A DNA stretch of 64,000 nt from the human T2T-CHM13v2.0 reference genome, Homo sapiens, in the NCBI RefSeq assembly GCF_009914755.1, contig NC_060933.1. One strand, 5' to 3'. The notes beneath the pieces were generated by a model. That model did not search any database, was not told the origin of the DNA, and saw only the letters and a program-made list of their open reading frames with translations. The position numbers were made by a program, and so were the translations under genes. How positions within the stretch are numbered: position 1 is the stretch's first letter; every line of letters begins with the position of its first letter. This document shows, in pieces, positions 1 to 12,735 of this stretch.

Positions 1-857
1 TTTGTTGTAATTTCCTCAGCTGTGGCACATTCCAGTCTCTGACCAGGACTCTCTGTATTAGTGCCTAACTAACTCTTTCAGGACCTTTGGAAGGTATGTT
101 TGTTATTTTTGTACTAACCTAATACATGCCGTGTAAGAAAAACTGGAAAAAAAAATTCAAGGCTTGGAATGAGTTCTGGTGATCACTTTTAATTTATCTT
201 CTATCATTAAAATATGATCTGGGGTCCACATGTTTTACCAAGGGCAGACATGGATGCTTTTCTGCTTTCTATTACCAACTACTCTAGGGTTTTATAGTTA
301 CCCGTACCAACGAGGTCTTTGCAAGGAATTTCACGGCTAGGGTTACTTCTGGCATCAAAGACGGGCAATTCTTTCTTAGCTTCACTAAATATTCATGTTT
401 TCCAACAGTGTGAGTCCATACAACTTTGTGGTGAGAGTTAATTTGGTTTTCTCTGGGATTAGGCATGGTTCTAGAAAGGGCTTCTTAAATTGAACAAGCT
501 TAGGAACCTTAAGTAAAATTTCCAAAGGAGAGCCGTATGCATAGAAACGCAGTCATGATATGGAAGTCTAGTGTCCCTCACAGATCTTCAGACCAGGAAA
601 GGGGCTTTCAGATCCCTTAAGGTTTTTAAACATTCTCTAGTACAGGAATGATCTAAAGGGTGAGGCAGGAGGCACATAGCAGAATCTCTTGGGAGGGGTG
701 TCTTTCAGTGTAACATAGTTTTATATTTGGAATAAGAAGCCCAACTATTTATTTAAAAAACTGCATAATGTATATTTTACCAACATCTTCTTAGCTGTCA
801 GGAATAGTTAAAGAAGATAGAGGGAAATTTTTCAGTGACAGGAGGGAGGGTCTTTAC

Positions 858-1003
858 TTGTGGTTCCCAATCTTGGGGATGTATCAGAATCACCTGCAGC
901 GCCCCACCCCAGAGCTGCTCATTCAGTAGGTCTGCGATGCGTTTCTAAGTTCCCAGGTGATGATGCTTCTACTGGTCTTGGGATTTCACTTTTGGAACCA
1001 CTA
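858..1003. mobile_element. MER5-type hAT/Charlie non-autonomous DNA transposon
   Basis: Terminal inverted repeats gtggttcccaa ... ttggaaccac; internal 'cagaatcacctg' and 'tttctaagttcccaggtgatgatg' motifs. Confidence 0.7.
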
Positions 1004-1849
1004 GTCTCTAAGAATTTTTATGAGGAGAAACTAATAGTTTTCTGTCTATGGAAAGAGGAAATGAACTGTGGAAACAGCGAATTATAAAAACCTAGCATTT
1101 TTAAATATAGGAACAGAAACCTTACTATCTCATCTTCCTTGATCAACTGTGACGAATAAAGATCTTTCTGAAGTAGTGACTTTGGGCATCTAGTTAGCAG
1201 ATACTAGGAAAAGTCACAGGAGGAGAGGATACCTACAAATGCTAGGAATGTCTGCAAGTCATTGGACTTGGAGATACTGGGAAGGTAAGTTCCAGCTTAT
1301 GCAGGGATGAATATGTCATGTTTTGTAGCTTGTTGTCATCATAAAATATCTTGGCAATTTTCTAAGAAGCCTCCTTGGGACATCTGGACCTTAAAAGTTT
1401 ATGTTATCTCCTGTGAGAAGTAACCATTAAGCCCAGGGCCATAAACGCGAAGAAATTCTTAAATTTCCTATATAACACATCTGACTTTCTTCAGACCTCA
1501 TAATAATACATGGTTAAATGAGGCTCATTTCTTAAAAACAACTTGGATTGTATTTTCTTTCACAGGGATAAAAAAGGTTAAAAAATTTCAGTCTAGTTTA
1601 TTACCTGCTGTTAGCAGAGAGCAAAGAACTTGCCCTTTACAAAGCCTTGACTGCTCTTTGCGGAGAAAAGTGGAATTTGAAACCACTGATTGTCAATTCA
1701 CCTATTTCAAAGGACTGCCGTGTTGCATGACACCAAGGACCTTTGTTCACATTGTAATCTATGTGAACGGCGTTCCTGGAATCATTCAGCTCAGCTGCCC
1801 TAACCACACTCCATTGGTTCCAGAGTGGCTCTGCCCTGATGTATCCTTC

Positions 1850-2250
1850 TCATTCATTTGTCGAACAAATATTTATTGGGCCTCAACCATATGCCAGGCA
1901 CTGTTCTAGGGGCCAGAAATACAACAGCAATCAAAACAAAGACTCCTTCAGAGAAGTTTACATTCTAGAGAAGTCAGATAATAAACAGTAAACTAACTAA
2001 ATAAATTGTAGAGAAGGTGCCAAGTGCTATGGAAAAAAGAAAAAGAAGATAAAGGTAGATGAGATTGGGAGTGATAGGGGGAATTTTGACCTTTTTGAGA
2101 AGAGATATTTGAGGAAAGACTTGAGGAGTTGGAGAAATTAGCTAAGGATGAAGAGCAAGAGAGTTCCAGAAGGAGGGAATTTCAAGGAGGTCAGCATGGC
2201 TGGGGTGGGGTGTAACACTGAGAGAGAAGGAAGAAATGAGGTCTGAGGTC
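1850..2250 (-). mobile_element. L2 LINE 3' fragment
   Basis: cattcatt...aaatatttattg...tgccaggcactgttctagg is the reverse complement of the L2 3' end; right boundary approximate. Confidence 0.7.
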
Positions 2251-2390
2251 ACCCTGCATTCCCCAATAAGTCTCTTAGTCTTGGTACAATAGGAAACTCT
2301 TACAGGGGCTCCACCATAAATATCCACAGTCTCATAGGCACTTTGTCTCCCCTTCTTTGAGAGCCCATATGAGCTGTGAGGTGTGACTAC

Positions 2391-2815
2391 TGTGCTGGTT
2401 AGTTTTAGGTGTTAACGTGCTAGACTTTAGTATCCAGTTATTCAATCACTCATCTAGGTGTGTGACTGCTGTACTGTGGAATTCTCTTGATGGGCTTAAC
2501 ATCTACAGTCAGTTGACTTTAAAAACAGAAGATTATCCCCTACAATCTGGGCAAGACTCATCCAATCAGTGAAAAGCCTGAAGAGCAAAAGAAACTAAAG
2601 TTTCACTAAAAAAAGAATAAATTCTGCCTCTGGAATGCAGCATCAGTTCTTGCCCAAGAGTTTTCGGCCTGCCCTACAAATTTCTGACTTGTCAGCCCCC
2701 ATAATCTCAGAAGCCAATTTCTTGAAATTATTATCTCTCTCCACACTCCTACACACATAATATATAGATATTTATCTTGGTGAGTCTCTTCTTCTGGAGA
2801 ACCCTGACTGATACA
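2391..2815 (+). mobile_element. MLT2-type (ERVL) solo LTR
   Basis: TG...CA termini (tgtgctggttagtttt ... ctggagaaccctgactgataca) and internal 'catccaatcagtgaa', 'aattctgcct' typical of MLT2. Confidence 0.75.
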
Positions 2816-3116
2816 GATACTATTACAATGTGCTTTAAAACCACTACCATATGACCGTTTGTTTCAGGTCAGGAAGGAGAAAGCATCGTGCGGTTGAATC
2901 CCACAGAAAAGGGCTGGATGTGCATAGTCAACAGGAAGCACTTTTAAACACTGCATTTCAATTAAATAAATATACACCAATCTCTACAGTGTGTTGGATA
3001 CTGTGTGCCTCACAACTCTATGGAGTACATACTATTGTGACTTCCACTGTAGAGATGAGAAATCTAAAATAAATTACACAGCTACTAAATGTCAGGCTTG
3101 GATTTCGGTGTGTTAG

Positions 3117-3565
<449 letters not shown>

Positions 3566-4209
3566 TGACTCTTTGATATTCTAGCCGGAAGCCTGTCATT
3601 CAGAGCTTGTTCTAGGAGGGAAAGAACCTGGGTAGCCAAGTTCTCTGGAAAAGTCTCTAGCATACCTTATCACCACTGTGTATATTCTGACACCATGCCC
3701 TTTAGGGAAAGCGGTCTTTGTTGGAGTAGAGATTGAAGCAATAAAACAGAATGGACCACTTCTGTTTGGTTTTCACTGTCCCCTCCCCTGCAGGTTTGTC
3801 ACTTGGTTGCATCCTGGCCTAGTAACATGAATGCCTGCAATTGACAAAAATAAAGCATGGTGCTCATCATTCCTCACCATTTGCATCCTAAGCACACACA
3901 CAGTGGTCCCAGGGCCCCGTCTCCTTTCCCTTGACGATCACCCCTGGTTCTCAGGATGGGGCACTGTCATGGTAACTTTCTGATCCTGAATGAGATGATC
4001 TTGACCCAGGGAGTCACTGAACTCAGTATCCCTTGCTAAGACAGGATACCTCCCTTTACTCTTTCTCCTGATTCTGACTTCCTTCCCTTTCTCTTCCTCT
4101 TCCCCATTCTTCCACTGTCATTTTTTTGGTCCTCACTCCTTCCAGAGAGCTCAGTCATACTCTGTAGGGATGATGCACACCTCTATCTACATGCTCCCCA
4201 CATGCTATT

Positions 4210-4900
4210 CTAGATGTGGAGGTCAGGGAAGGCCTCTGTAGACTGGACATTCTGGGCTGAAACCTGAATGAAGCGATGGAGCAAGATATGGAGAAAGGCA
4301 TGAAATCTACCGAGGAAACAAACTGATGGGTTCTGAAAACAGTCATTGGAGAGTAGTGAGCAAGGGAGCAAGAGGAAGGGTGCAGGATGCAGGGCTGGAC
4401 AAATTGCCAGAGGTCAGATCATGTGAGGCCTTCAAGCACATGAAGATTCCGTATTTGCTTTCCTTGTAATGGTGAACCACTGGAAGTGTGTAAGCAGGAA
4501 ACAAAGTGGTTTATCTTATAAAAGATTCACTCTGATTACTGTGCAGAATACCGGAAGAGGACAAGTGTGTCTGGTTAGGGGCTATTACAACAATCTGGAT
4601 GAAAGATGCCAACGGCTTGAGGGAACCAGAGGGGGTGAGAAGTGGTCCAGCTGAATTGCTCGACCTTCAAAAGTGCTCTTTCGAAGGTCGAGCTGAATTC
4701 ACTGTGTAATATGAGAGAAACACAGGAGCCAAGCATGGCCTTAAGTTTTGGCCCGAGGAACAGCAAAGGAGATCACAGAAGGAGCAGGTTGGAGGTAAAT
4801 CAGCAATTTGGTTTTGAATGTGTTAACACTGAGATGACTCCTGGACATCCAGGCGGAGAGAACCTGCAGGTACCTGCACACAGAGGGTGGGTTCACAGAG
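4210..4900 (-). mobile_element. L2 LINE fragment
   Basis: Degenerate L2 motifs (ggtcagggaaggcctct; aaagattcactctgattactgtgcagaat; ggggctatt...caatctgg); boundaries approximate. Confidence 0.6.
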
Positions 4901-5274
4901 CACGATGGGGCCGGACCACGAATACCAACTCCTTGCTGCATTTCTGCCTCAGGCTCTCGTCTCTCACCAATCCATCCTGTGATATCAAATGGACTCTCCT
5001 AAAATTGAGTTTATCGTGCTATACTCAAGGTACAAATATCTTCATGTACTGCTTAACACGCAAGTCTCAAAAGGCTAAGACATTAAGCACCTCCATACTG
5101 TGACTGTACCACGTACCATAAATGCATATTTCCCTGGGTCCTGAAAAGAGCCTATCTCACTGTCTGCAAACTTCCCACGTAGCATACTATTCATTCTTCC
5201 TGCCCGGAACGGACTCCCTCCTCCTAATGTAACTCCTCCAAGATCCTGTTTATGACTCACCTCCTGAATGAAAC

Positions 5275-5420
5275 CTCCCCTGACCAGACCAGTCCACACT
5301 GGGCCTCTCAGGGTACAAGAAGAACTGCAGAATCCACTTTCAACACTCCCCTGACCAGACCAGTCCACACTGCGCCTCTCAGGGTACAAGAAGAACTGCA
5401 GAATCCACTTTCAACACTCC
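5275..5420. repeat. 71-bp tandem duplication (2 copies, 1 mismatch)
   Basis: Units 5275-5345 and 5346-5416 differ only at gggcc/gcgcc; followed by CTCC. Confidence 0.95.
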
Positions 5421-5873
5421 TGTGATTGGACATGTGCACTGGGGCTTTGTTTCTTGTTATAAATTTAATCTGTACAATTGTGTTGGTCAGTCCACGAGGG
5501 CTAGGCTGACTGCCTCTTAATCTTTTAAAACTCCACAGCAGCCAGCAGTGTGGGACCAGCATCATGGTAAATCATTTAATCACTAACTGCCGATTGGATT
5601 TCTAAGAAGGAGCCACAATTCTTTATGTAAAGGAAGCTACAATCTCCTAGTTAGTGAATATGTCTAAAATAGACAACGTGATCCTTTCGTAATTTACTTT
5701 CCTAATGGAGAATTTTCAAAGATTACAGGTGATATAAATGTGGCAGAAACTACTGATGCCCCACCCAGCGCCCCTCTGATCCCTTCGATTAGCAATGTGC
5801 TGCCGCCCCTCAGCTTTGGTGTGTCCGTGCCCCAGTTTCTGTGTACTTTAGAGCCAATGGCTAGCATCCTCCA

Positions 5874-5874
<1 letters not shown>

Positions 5875-5925
<51 letters not shown>
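5875..5925. repeat. (CA)~25 microsatellite
   Basis: Directly visible. Confidence 0.98.
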
Positions 5926-5927
<2 letters not shown>

Positions 5928-7682
5928 CTAAACAGTGCTCCTTTGCCTCAAAGTGAGACAAATGCTGAGACGTTATGTTCCAGAGCTCCCTGTGGGATTG
6001 GGCTAGGCTGAGACTACCTGAATTGGCACCCATGCCTTGCTTTTTCCCCTTTCCCCATCCTCTCCTGAGTTCTCTTGCAAGTGCGTCCTTCATAAATCAC
6101 ATGCACCTGAATCCTTGGCTCACAGTGGGCTTGTGGGGAAGGCATTCTAAACTTACTCTGATTTGGTTCAAGAATGTCGAGAGGCAATCAGCAGCACTTA
6201 AAAAGATGCTCTGATGACATTCATTCATTTCTCTTCTGTACCTGCTTTGCCAACTTTGTACAGCAGGAGTATGGAAAGTAGATGTTTAATGAAAGTGGGG
6301 TGTTCTGAACCATCCCGGATAATACCAAAAGCCTAAGTGTGGAGACTAAATTAAAACTAAGACCTTAATTTGCCAGAACAATAAGGACTGAAAGGGGCTT
6401 CAGATGTCACTGTGTCCAAACCTCCATCTTATGCCCAACTTCCCTGACAGCAACCTGTAAGTGGCTTGTCAGTCTTTGCTGCTTGATACTGTATAGTAAG
6501 GGGCAACGTCCTCATCTTGGTTGTTAGCTGCAATTTTAGACAGCTCCAGTTGTCAAAAAGACTTTTTGTACATTGAGTCCTAATCTAACCCTCAGAAACT
6601 ATTAGAATTGCTTGAATCCTTTTATTCTTACACCTGCAGGAAGGCTCATGGACATAGACTTGTGACAACTCCGAGGCTCGGAAACCAATTTGTGAGCCTC
6701 TGAGTGTTAGTGATTCTGATCTTCAAGGAACTATTTTAGGGCTTAATTTCCCAACCTATCCAGTTGCAAGTAAACAAGTTGGCTCCTTCATTTTTATACA
6801 ATCTCCCATTATGAAATATTTGTTTAAAATGATAGTTTTTCAACCTTACTAGCGAAATCACCTATCAAGGTTTGACAAGGTTACTGCATGCCGAAATTTG
6901 AGCTGCTTCCCTAACAATGCGGGGATTTTTTTCTAATCTATAAAAACAAGGCACCATCAATTGTGATTTGTATTTGTTTTTGTTTTTTTTTTTTTTGTAC
7001 AGGATTATTCTGTTAATGTTTATAAGCCCTTGTAACAAGAGATGGAAATTTTACTCCCGTCATTTTCTCATTTCAGATATGACTGAATAATCGTCCAAGA
7101 TTAAGTGAGTCAAGTGGAAATAATTAGGAAAGGGAAAAAGGCCCAGATTCTTCAATTTTCAGTTCCATTACATTTTATTCTAGGAGCAAAGGCATTCTGT
7201 TAGTCTGAAGCAAGACACACTTCCAAAGAAAACGAGGCACAATCAAAGGCCTTTTGTTTTCCCTGTCTCCAATGAGCACAGTCCATCTGGGCCACGCATG
7301 TTTATGCATCACCTTGTAGGGATCCCTTTGTTCTCCAGAAATCAAATGCCACCAAAATATGTTCCAGAAGAAACGAAGCCAGAAGGAAAGACAGTAGGAT
7401 TTTTTCCCCAGAGGGTTAAGGTTTATTACTAGAACATTCTCATCAAGTGTTCTCTGTGACACTTCAAGCAATGTGGATCTTGTGGAATTAACTCATTGCC
7501 AAAAGGCTTAAAAATAATTACAGTGAATTAACCTATTATATTAATTACAATTAATTTTCAGTTGAACCTAGGAATTCCATCTCTAGGGGATTCCTTAGCA
7601 CTGACATGTAGGAAGTGGCTTTGGCATATGATAGGTAATTAATCTCTAACAATCTGCTATCAAATTCATTTCCTTTAGGAAT

Positions 7683-7716
7683 GACCAATTTGCAAAGAGG
7701 ACCAATTTGCAAAGAG
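7683..7716. repeat. 17-bp perfect tandem duplication GACCAATTTGCAAAGAG x2
   Basis: Directly visible. Confidence 0.95.
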
Positions 7717-8069
7717 AAATGAGAGTAAAGACTTAGAGAAACGGCATTGGAAGGAATCTCTTTGGGAACAGAAGTGTCCAGTTGGGTGTTCTGAACATCT
7801 GTATAGGGGATACCTATTTAGTTAGCAGTGACTCCAAAGGCCCAAAATTGTATCCATAGCTGATTAATGAGCACTCCAAAATACGTGAATGGGTACACAT
7901 GCTGGGGTATAGCTCAATAAGATCATGAAAAATCAGTGTCAGTATGGACACAACAAAACTAATGATTATTTAGTAAAAAATGATGATTTATGGAAATTGT
8001 TCAAAGAAACATAGAATTTCAGAGCAAAAAGGAACTAGGGTCCAAAAGCCTTTCCTGCCAACTCTGTAG

Positions 8070-8260
8070 CAACACTATCCAGTTGAAATTTCTGTGACGA
8101 TGGAAAGGTTCTGCACTGCACTAATTGATAGCCACTAGCCATGTGTGACTAATGAGCATTTGAAACGTGGCTAATGCAACTGAGGAACTTTTAATTTTAT
8201 TTAATTTTAATTAAATTTAAACTTATAGTAATGAAGTGCACAGCACTACTGCATACCATG
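8070..8260. mobile_element. MER3-like hAT DNA transposon
   Basis: 'tttctgtgacgatggaaa', 'tagccactagccatgtgtgactaatgagcatttgaaacgtggcta' and an AT-rich core typical of MER3. Confidence 0.7.
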
Positions 8261-8604
8261 GTAGCAGTCCAGCCTTTGTCTAAATCCTTTTGATGACAGG
8301 GAACATCCTTCCTTACCATTAAGCACCCTCCATTTAGAAAGAGTGCTTCAGAGCTCATCATTTAAAAAGTTTTGCTTCAAGTTGAACTATAATCTGCCAA
8401 CTATAGATCCACCCCCCTGTGGTTTACTCCTCACCTCCTCTCCTAGACCACACAGAACAACTGCTCACAGTCTCTTACTGTTTTTTAGTATTTGAGAAGC
8501 TTCAAAATGCTGTAGTATCATAGAATTTCAGCCATGGAAGGGGCATGGTTTAGCTTCTTTGTTGAACCTCCCCTCTTAGTGGGTTTTTCTCTAGGCTGAA
8601 AAAA

Positions 8605-8905
8605 TTTTGTTTTGTTATTTATTTATTTATTTATTTTGAGACAGTCTTGTTCTGTCACCCAGGATGGAGTGCTGTGGCACAAACATGACTCACTGCAGCC
8701 TCAATTTCCTGGGTTTGAGCAATCCTCTTGCTTCAGCCTCCTAAGTAGCTGAGACCACAGGCATGGGCCACCACATCCAGCTAATTTTCAATAATTTTTT
8801 CAGAGACAGGGTCTCACCATGTTGCTCAGGCTAGTCTCAAATTCCTGGACTCAAGCAATCTTCCCACTTTGGCTTCCCAAGGTGCTGAGATTACAGAGGC
8901 AGGCC
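8605..8905 (-). mobile_element. AluJ-like SINE with (TTTA)n tail
   Basis: Diverged dimeric Alu; 'cactgcagcctcaa', 'ctcaagcaatc' J-type features. Confidence 0.88.
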
Positions 8906-8929
8906 AAGTTTTTTATACAGGTAAGAGGA

Positions 8930-9130
8930 CACTTAGGTGGAAAGAGCTTGAGGCTTTTAGTTCAACTACCATGTGATACTGGGCAAGTATATTCACTTTC
9001 CTGAGTAGAGTTTCCTTTCTGTAAAATAAGGATAATACCATTTAGTGATCTTGGCTACTTTGAGAACTAAATCAGATAAGACAGAGAAAGCATCTAACAC
9101 TGCTTGACACACAGAAGTCACTTACTAAAA
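8930..9130 (+). mobile_element. MIR SINE
   Basis: Core-like 'tgggcaagt...gtttcctttctgtaaaataaggataata'. Confidence 0.65.
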
Positions 9131-9356
9131 CATCAGTCCCTGCTCTCTCATATAACATGTTATTCCATTCAGCACCTTAATTACTCTCAATACAGAAGCT
9201 CAATGGCCTACATGTAAATGACATCCAAATATTAACAGAGTTAACCAGCTGTCTGACCAGGACAGAATAAATACAACAGAACAAACATATCCCTTATTCT
9301 AGACTTTCTGTCTCTACTCATACAACCTAAATAGTTAATAGCTTTTTAAAATCCAT

Positions 9357-9418
9357 CTTCCTTCCTTTCTTCCTTCCTTCCTTCCTTCCTTTCCTTTCTT
9401 CCTTCCTCCCTTCCTTCC
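9357..9418. repeat. (CCTT)n imperfect simple repeat
   Basis: Directly visible. Confidence 0.9.
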
Positions 9419-9859
9419 GCACTATTTCTTGATTCTGTACCATGTACCCCAAACTACGCTAGGCCCAGGAGATAAAGTAGTACATAAGACAATTGAAGTT
9501 CCCTGCTCTCACAGAGTTTACAGTGTGGCATGAATAAAAATCATCATCAAGTAAAATCCTTAGATCTTTTTCCATATGTTACGCTCTTTGTTTCTGATGG
9601 CTCTTTATCCTGGGAGGCTACCTTTCTAAAGCTGCATTGCTGTTGAGTGGTACAGAACCTCTTCTTGGCTACATTCAACTCAAGCACTCGGCTGGCTACC
9701 ATGTACCCTTCTTCAGTGCCTTGTGAAAACTTGATTAAAACATCATCTGGCATTAAGGATGATGGTAAATGTCTGCCCCAAAGTAAGTTATCTAAAAAAA
9801 TTGTCTCTACCCTATGAATTACACTACAACATTAGTAACCACTTATAATAGCCTATCCA

Positions 9860-10460
9860 CAATATGGATCATAAAATATAAGACCCAGACTACGTGGAGT
9901 TGAATTTTTGTATCCTTACTGATGAAATATTAGACAACTGTGAGAAAGTTGTTTAACATTTCTTTACCTTAGTTTTCTTTGTAAGATGTGGATAATAATG
10001 GCACCTAATTTATAAGGCTGTTGTTAGGGATAACATGAGATAAGAAAGCATTTCACCAATACCTGATATATAATCAATGTTAAACACATGCTGCCATTTC
10101 TATTATTATTTTTATTAACATTCAGTGTAGAAGCACTGTTATCACTCCGTAACATGCACTCCTGTTTTCCTTTTTCTCCAACCCACTTTTTGGGATATAT
10201 TTTCTCTTTATCAACTTTTTCCTTTTGTGTACCATAGTGTGGCGACATGGCAAGAGGAAAAGGATGGAGACTTCGGGGTCAAATAGATACAGGTTCATAT
10301 CTCAGCTCTGCCCCTACTGCTATGTGGCCTTTGGTAAGATAACCTCTCAAGACTTCAGAACCTTCCTCTGTAAAATGGAGTGATAACATTAACTCCGTAG
10401 GCTTGTAACAGAATTACATGAGGTGACCTAAGGACAATGGCTCTTGTTGCATATAATTAA
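9860..10460 (+). mobile_element. Two MIR SINEs (about 9860-10115 and 10235-10460)
   Basis: MIR core variants 'ccttagttttctttgtaagatgtggataataatggcacct' and 'ccttcctctgtaaaatggagtgataaca'. Confidence 0.6.
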
Positions 10461-12404
10461 TTTTCTTTTTTACTCAAGAAGAGGCTATTGCGTACGTTAA
10501 GAGTGAGACCTTTCTTAGTAACTCACTGGGCTCTTGCTTATTAGCCTCAGAACTAGCGTCCCGGGGCAGTCTCCTAATCAAGATATGAGCACAGTTTTCC
10601 AGGATGCATAGCGCCCTGGAATTATTCTATCTCAGGAGAATGTAGCCAGTGTTCACCCTCTTGGAAGAGACTAAAACATATTAGAAACCAGAACCCACAA
10701 CAAAACTTTTTAGAACACTCCGGGAATGTTAATACTTCATTTAGATGTCCTTTTACCAAAATCTGTCCCACTATCTAGCTATGCTGGACAGAGTTGGGGA
10801 GCTGAGGTTCAAAAGGATGTTGAAATCAGAAAGGCATGCAACTTGTAATTTTTGTATTGTTACATTTGTAAAAACATAATTTTCTTCCTAAGTCAATATT
10901 TTTCTAAAACTGACATTGAGAATCTTACATTTTTTTCTAGCTAGAAAATGATACACAAATGACACACTCAAAGGTGAATTCAAGCTTCATTCAGAGGTAC
11001 GTCGTAAAAGCAGAAGACTAAACTGAAGAATGCATTCTTCTTTTTTTAGAAAAACAGAGAAATGTTAATACGGAATTTCACTTTGCCATGAAAAACATCC
11101 CCCTTCACCCTTTGGGGCCTGGTTATGGAGTTGTGAAGACTCAAAGCAAGATGAAGGGTTTACTTTTATCACAGCTTCATAAATTCCTCTGACACTGGTT
11201 CAGTGCACTAATGTGACCACACACATTCCATCCCATCCATTCAAGTGTAGCATTTTTCTTTCTATTCAAGTATTCTCAGGGTTTAATTAAAGCAGCCAGC
11301 TATCTAGTAATTACTTCCCCCATCCATCTTACCAGCTCCGTATTGTCTTCCCTTGAATTGGTTTCTCGCTACAGCCCCTGCCTATGTTACAGCTTAGGAA
11401 GTGTGGGGAGGGACTCACTGTAAAAGTCAGTGGATCTCATTTTCTTCTGCCTTTCATTTAATTAAAACAGATTGAGTGAAGAAGATTTAAGGCTGATTTT
11501 CATGTGCAGGAGTATTTGGACAATTTTAAAAATACCTACTTCTAAAAGTTGAAGACTGTCGTTTCAATGGAGAGCACTTGCTTTTTGCTCTCCCATCCAT
11601 TCTATACTCAACAGTCAGTATAGTTTTTCTCCTCGTTCAAAGCCCTTTAGTGACTCTCCCCTAAACATTACCTACAGCTCAAATTCATGGGCTTTAACAT
11701 GCTGGCTCTCACCTAGCTTCGTGTGGCTTCATGTCCCATGATGGAGGTCACACAGAGCCAAGACATTCCTGTAATCTTTGTTTATTCTCATTCATGTCTC
11801 ATGCTGTACTTCTGGCCACAAACCTCCCTCATCTGGAGTCCCCTTTTCTCTGGACTCTACGTATCTACAATAAATTCTGCATATTCTCCAAGGTCCAATT
11901 CAATGTCACTTGTCCCTTGAAGTTTTCCCAGCCTTTCCATTCCAAAGTAATTTTATTCTTTTTCATATTGAAAAGCAATTTCTCTTCATCTTGCTGTTAG
12001 CACTCGTGATTTTCTACATTTTGTAATAGCTATTTAGAAATTATATCAATATGTGTGCACATCATAAAAGACAAAAAGGGCTTTATAAACAACCCTTGAG
12101 TGTTTGATCATGCAACCTAAAACAGTCCTTCTTTTCACATGAAAGGTACTCTATAAATGTTTAGGGAATGTGTGAACAAGTAAATGAATGAATGACAAAT
12201 GAGCCAATGGCTGCTGAGTATTTATTAATCCATGCTTAACCTTTGGGGTAGGCCCCAAAGACAAATGAAATCACGTCACATGCAACATCAGGGGAAGAAA
12301 AGAATGGGGCAGTTTAAGTATGCCTAAATTATCAATTAAGAATAAAATGGTAAATAGCCAAGTGAAATTGAACCGAAATTTTTTTTAAAAAGACACTTGG
12401 GTAG

Positions 12405-12735
12405 TTTCTTTCTTTCTTTCTCTTTTTTTAGAGATAGTGTGTTTGCTTTGTCACCCAGGCTGGAGTGCAATGGCGTGATCATAGCTCACTGTATCCTTGA
12501 ATTCCTGGGCTCAAGCTATCCTCCCATCTCAGCCTCCTGAGTAGCTGGGACTACAGCTGTACACCACCAAATCTGGCTAAGTTTTTTCAGATTTTTGGAT
12601 TTTTTTTTTTTTTTTTGCAGAAGCAAGATCTCACTATGTTGCTGAGGCTGCTCTTGAACTCCTGGGCTCAAGTGATCCTCTGGCCTCGGCCTCCCAAATT
12701 GCTGGGATTATAGGCATGAGCCTCTGCGCCCAGCC
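12405..12735 (-). mobile_element. AluJ-like SINE
   Basis: 'gatcatagctcactg', 'cctgggctcaag' in both arms; extended T-run in the linker. Confidence 0.9.

Noticed and set aside
4642-5103. 153-aa plus-strand ORF
   Set aside because: Lies largely in a decayed L2, starts at GTG, no recognisable domain.
5275-5420. Direct repeats (also 30397, 45234) as a CRISPR-like array
   Set aside because: Head-to-tail copies without unique spacers, in a primate intron; no cas genes.
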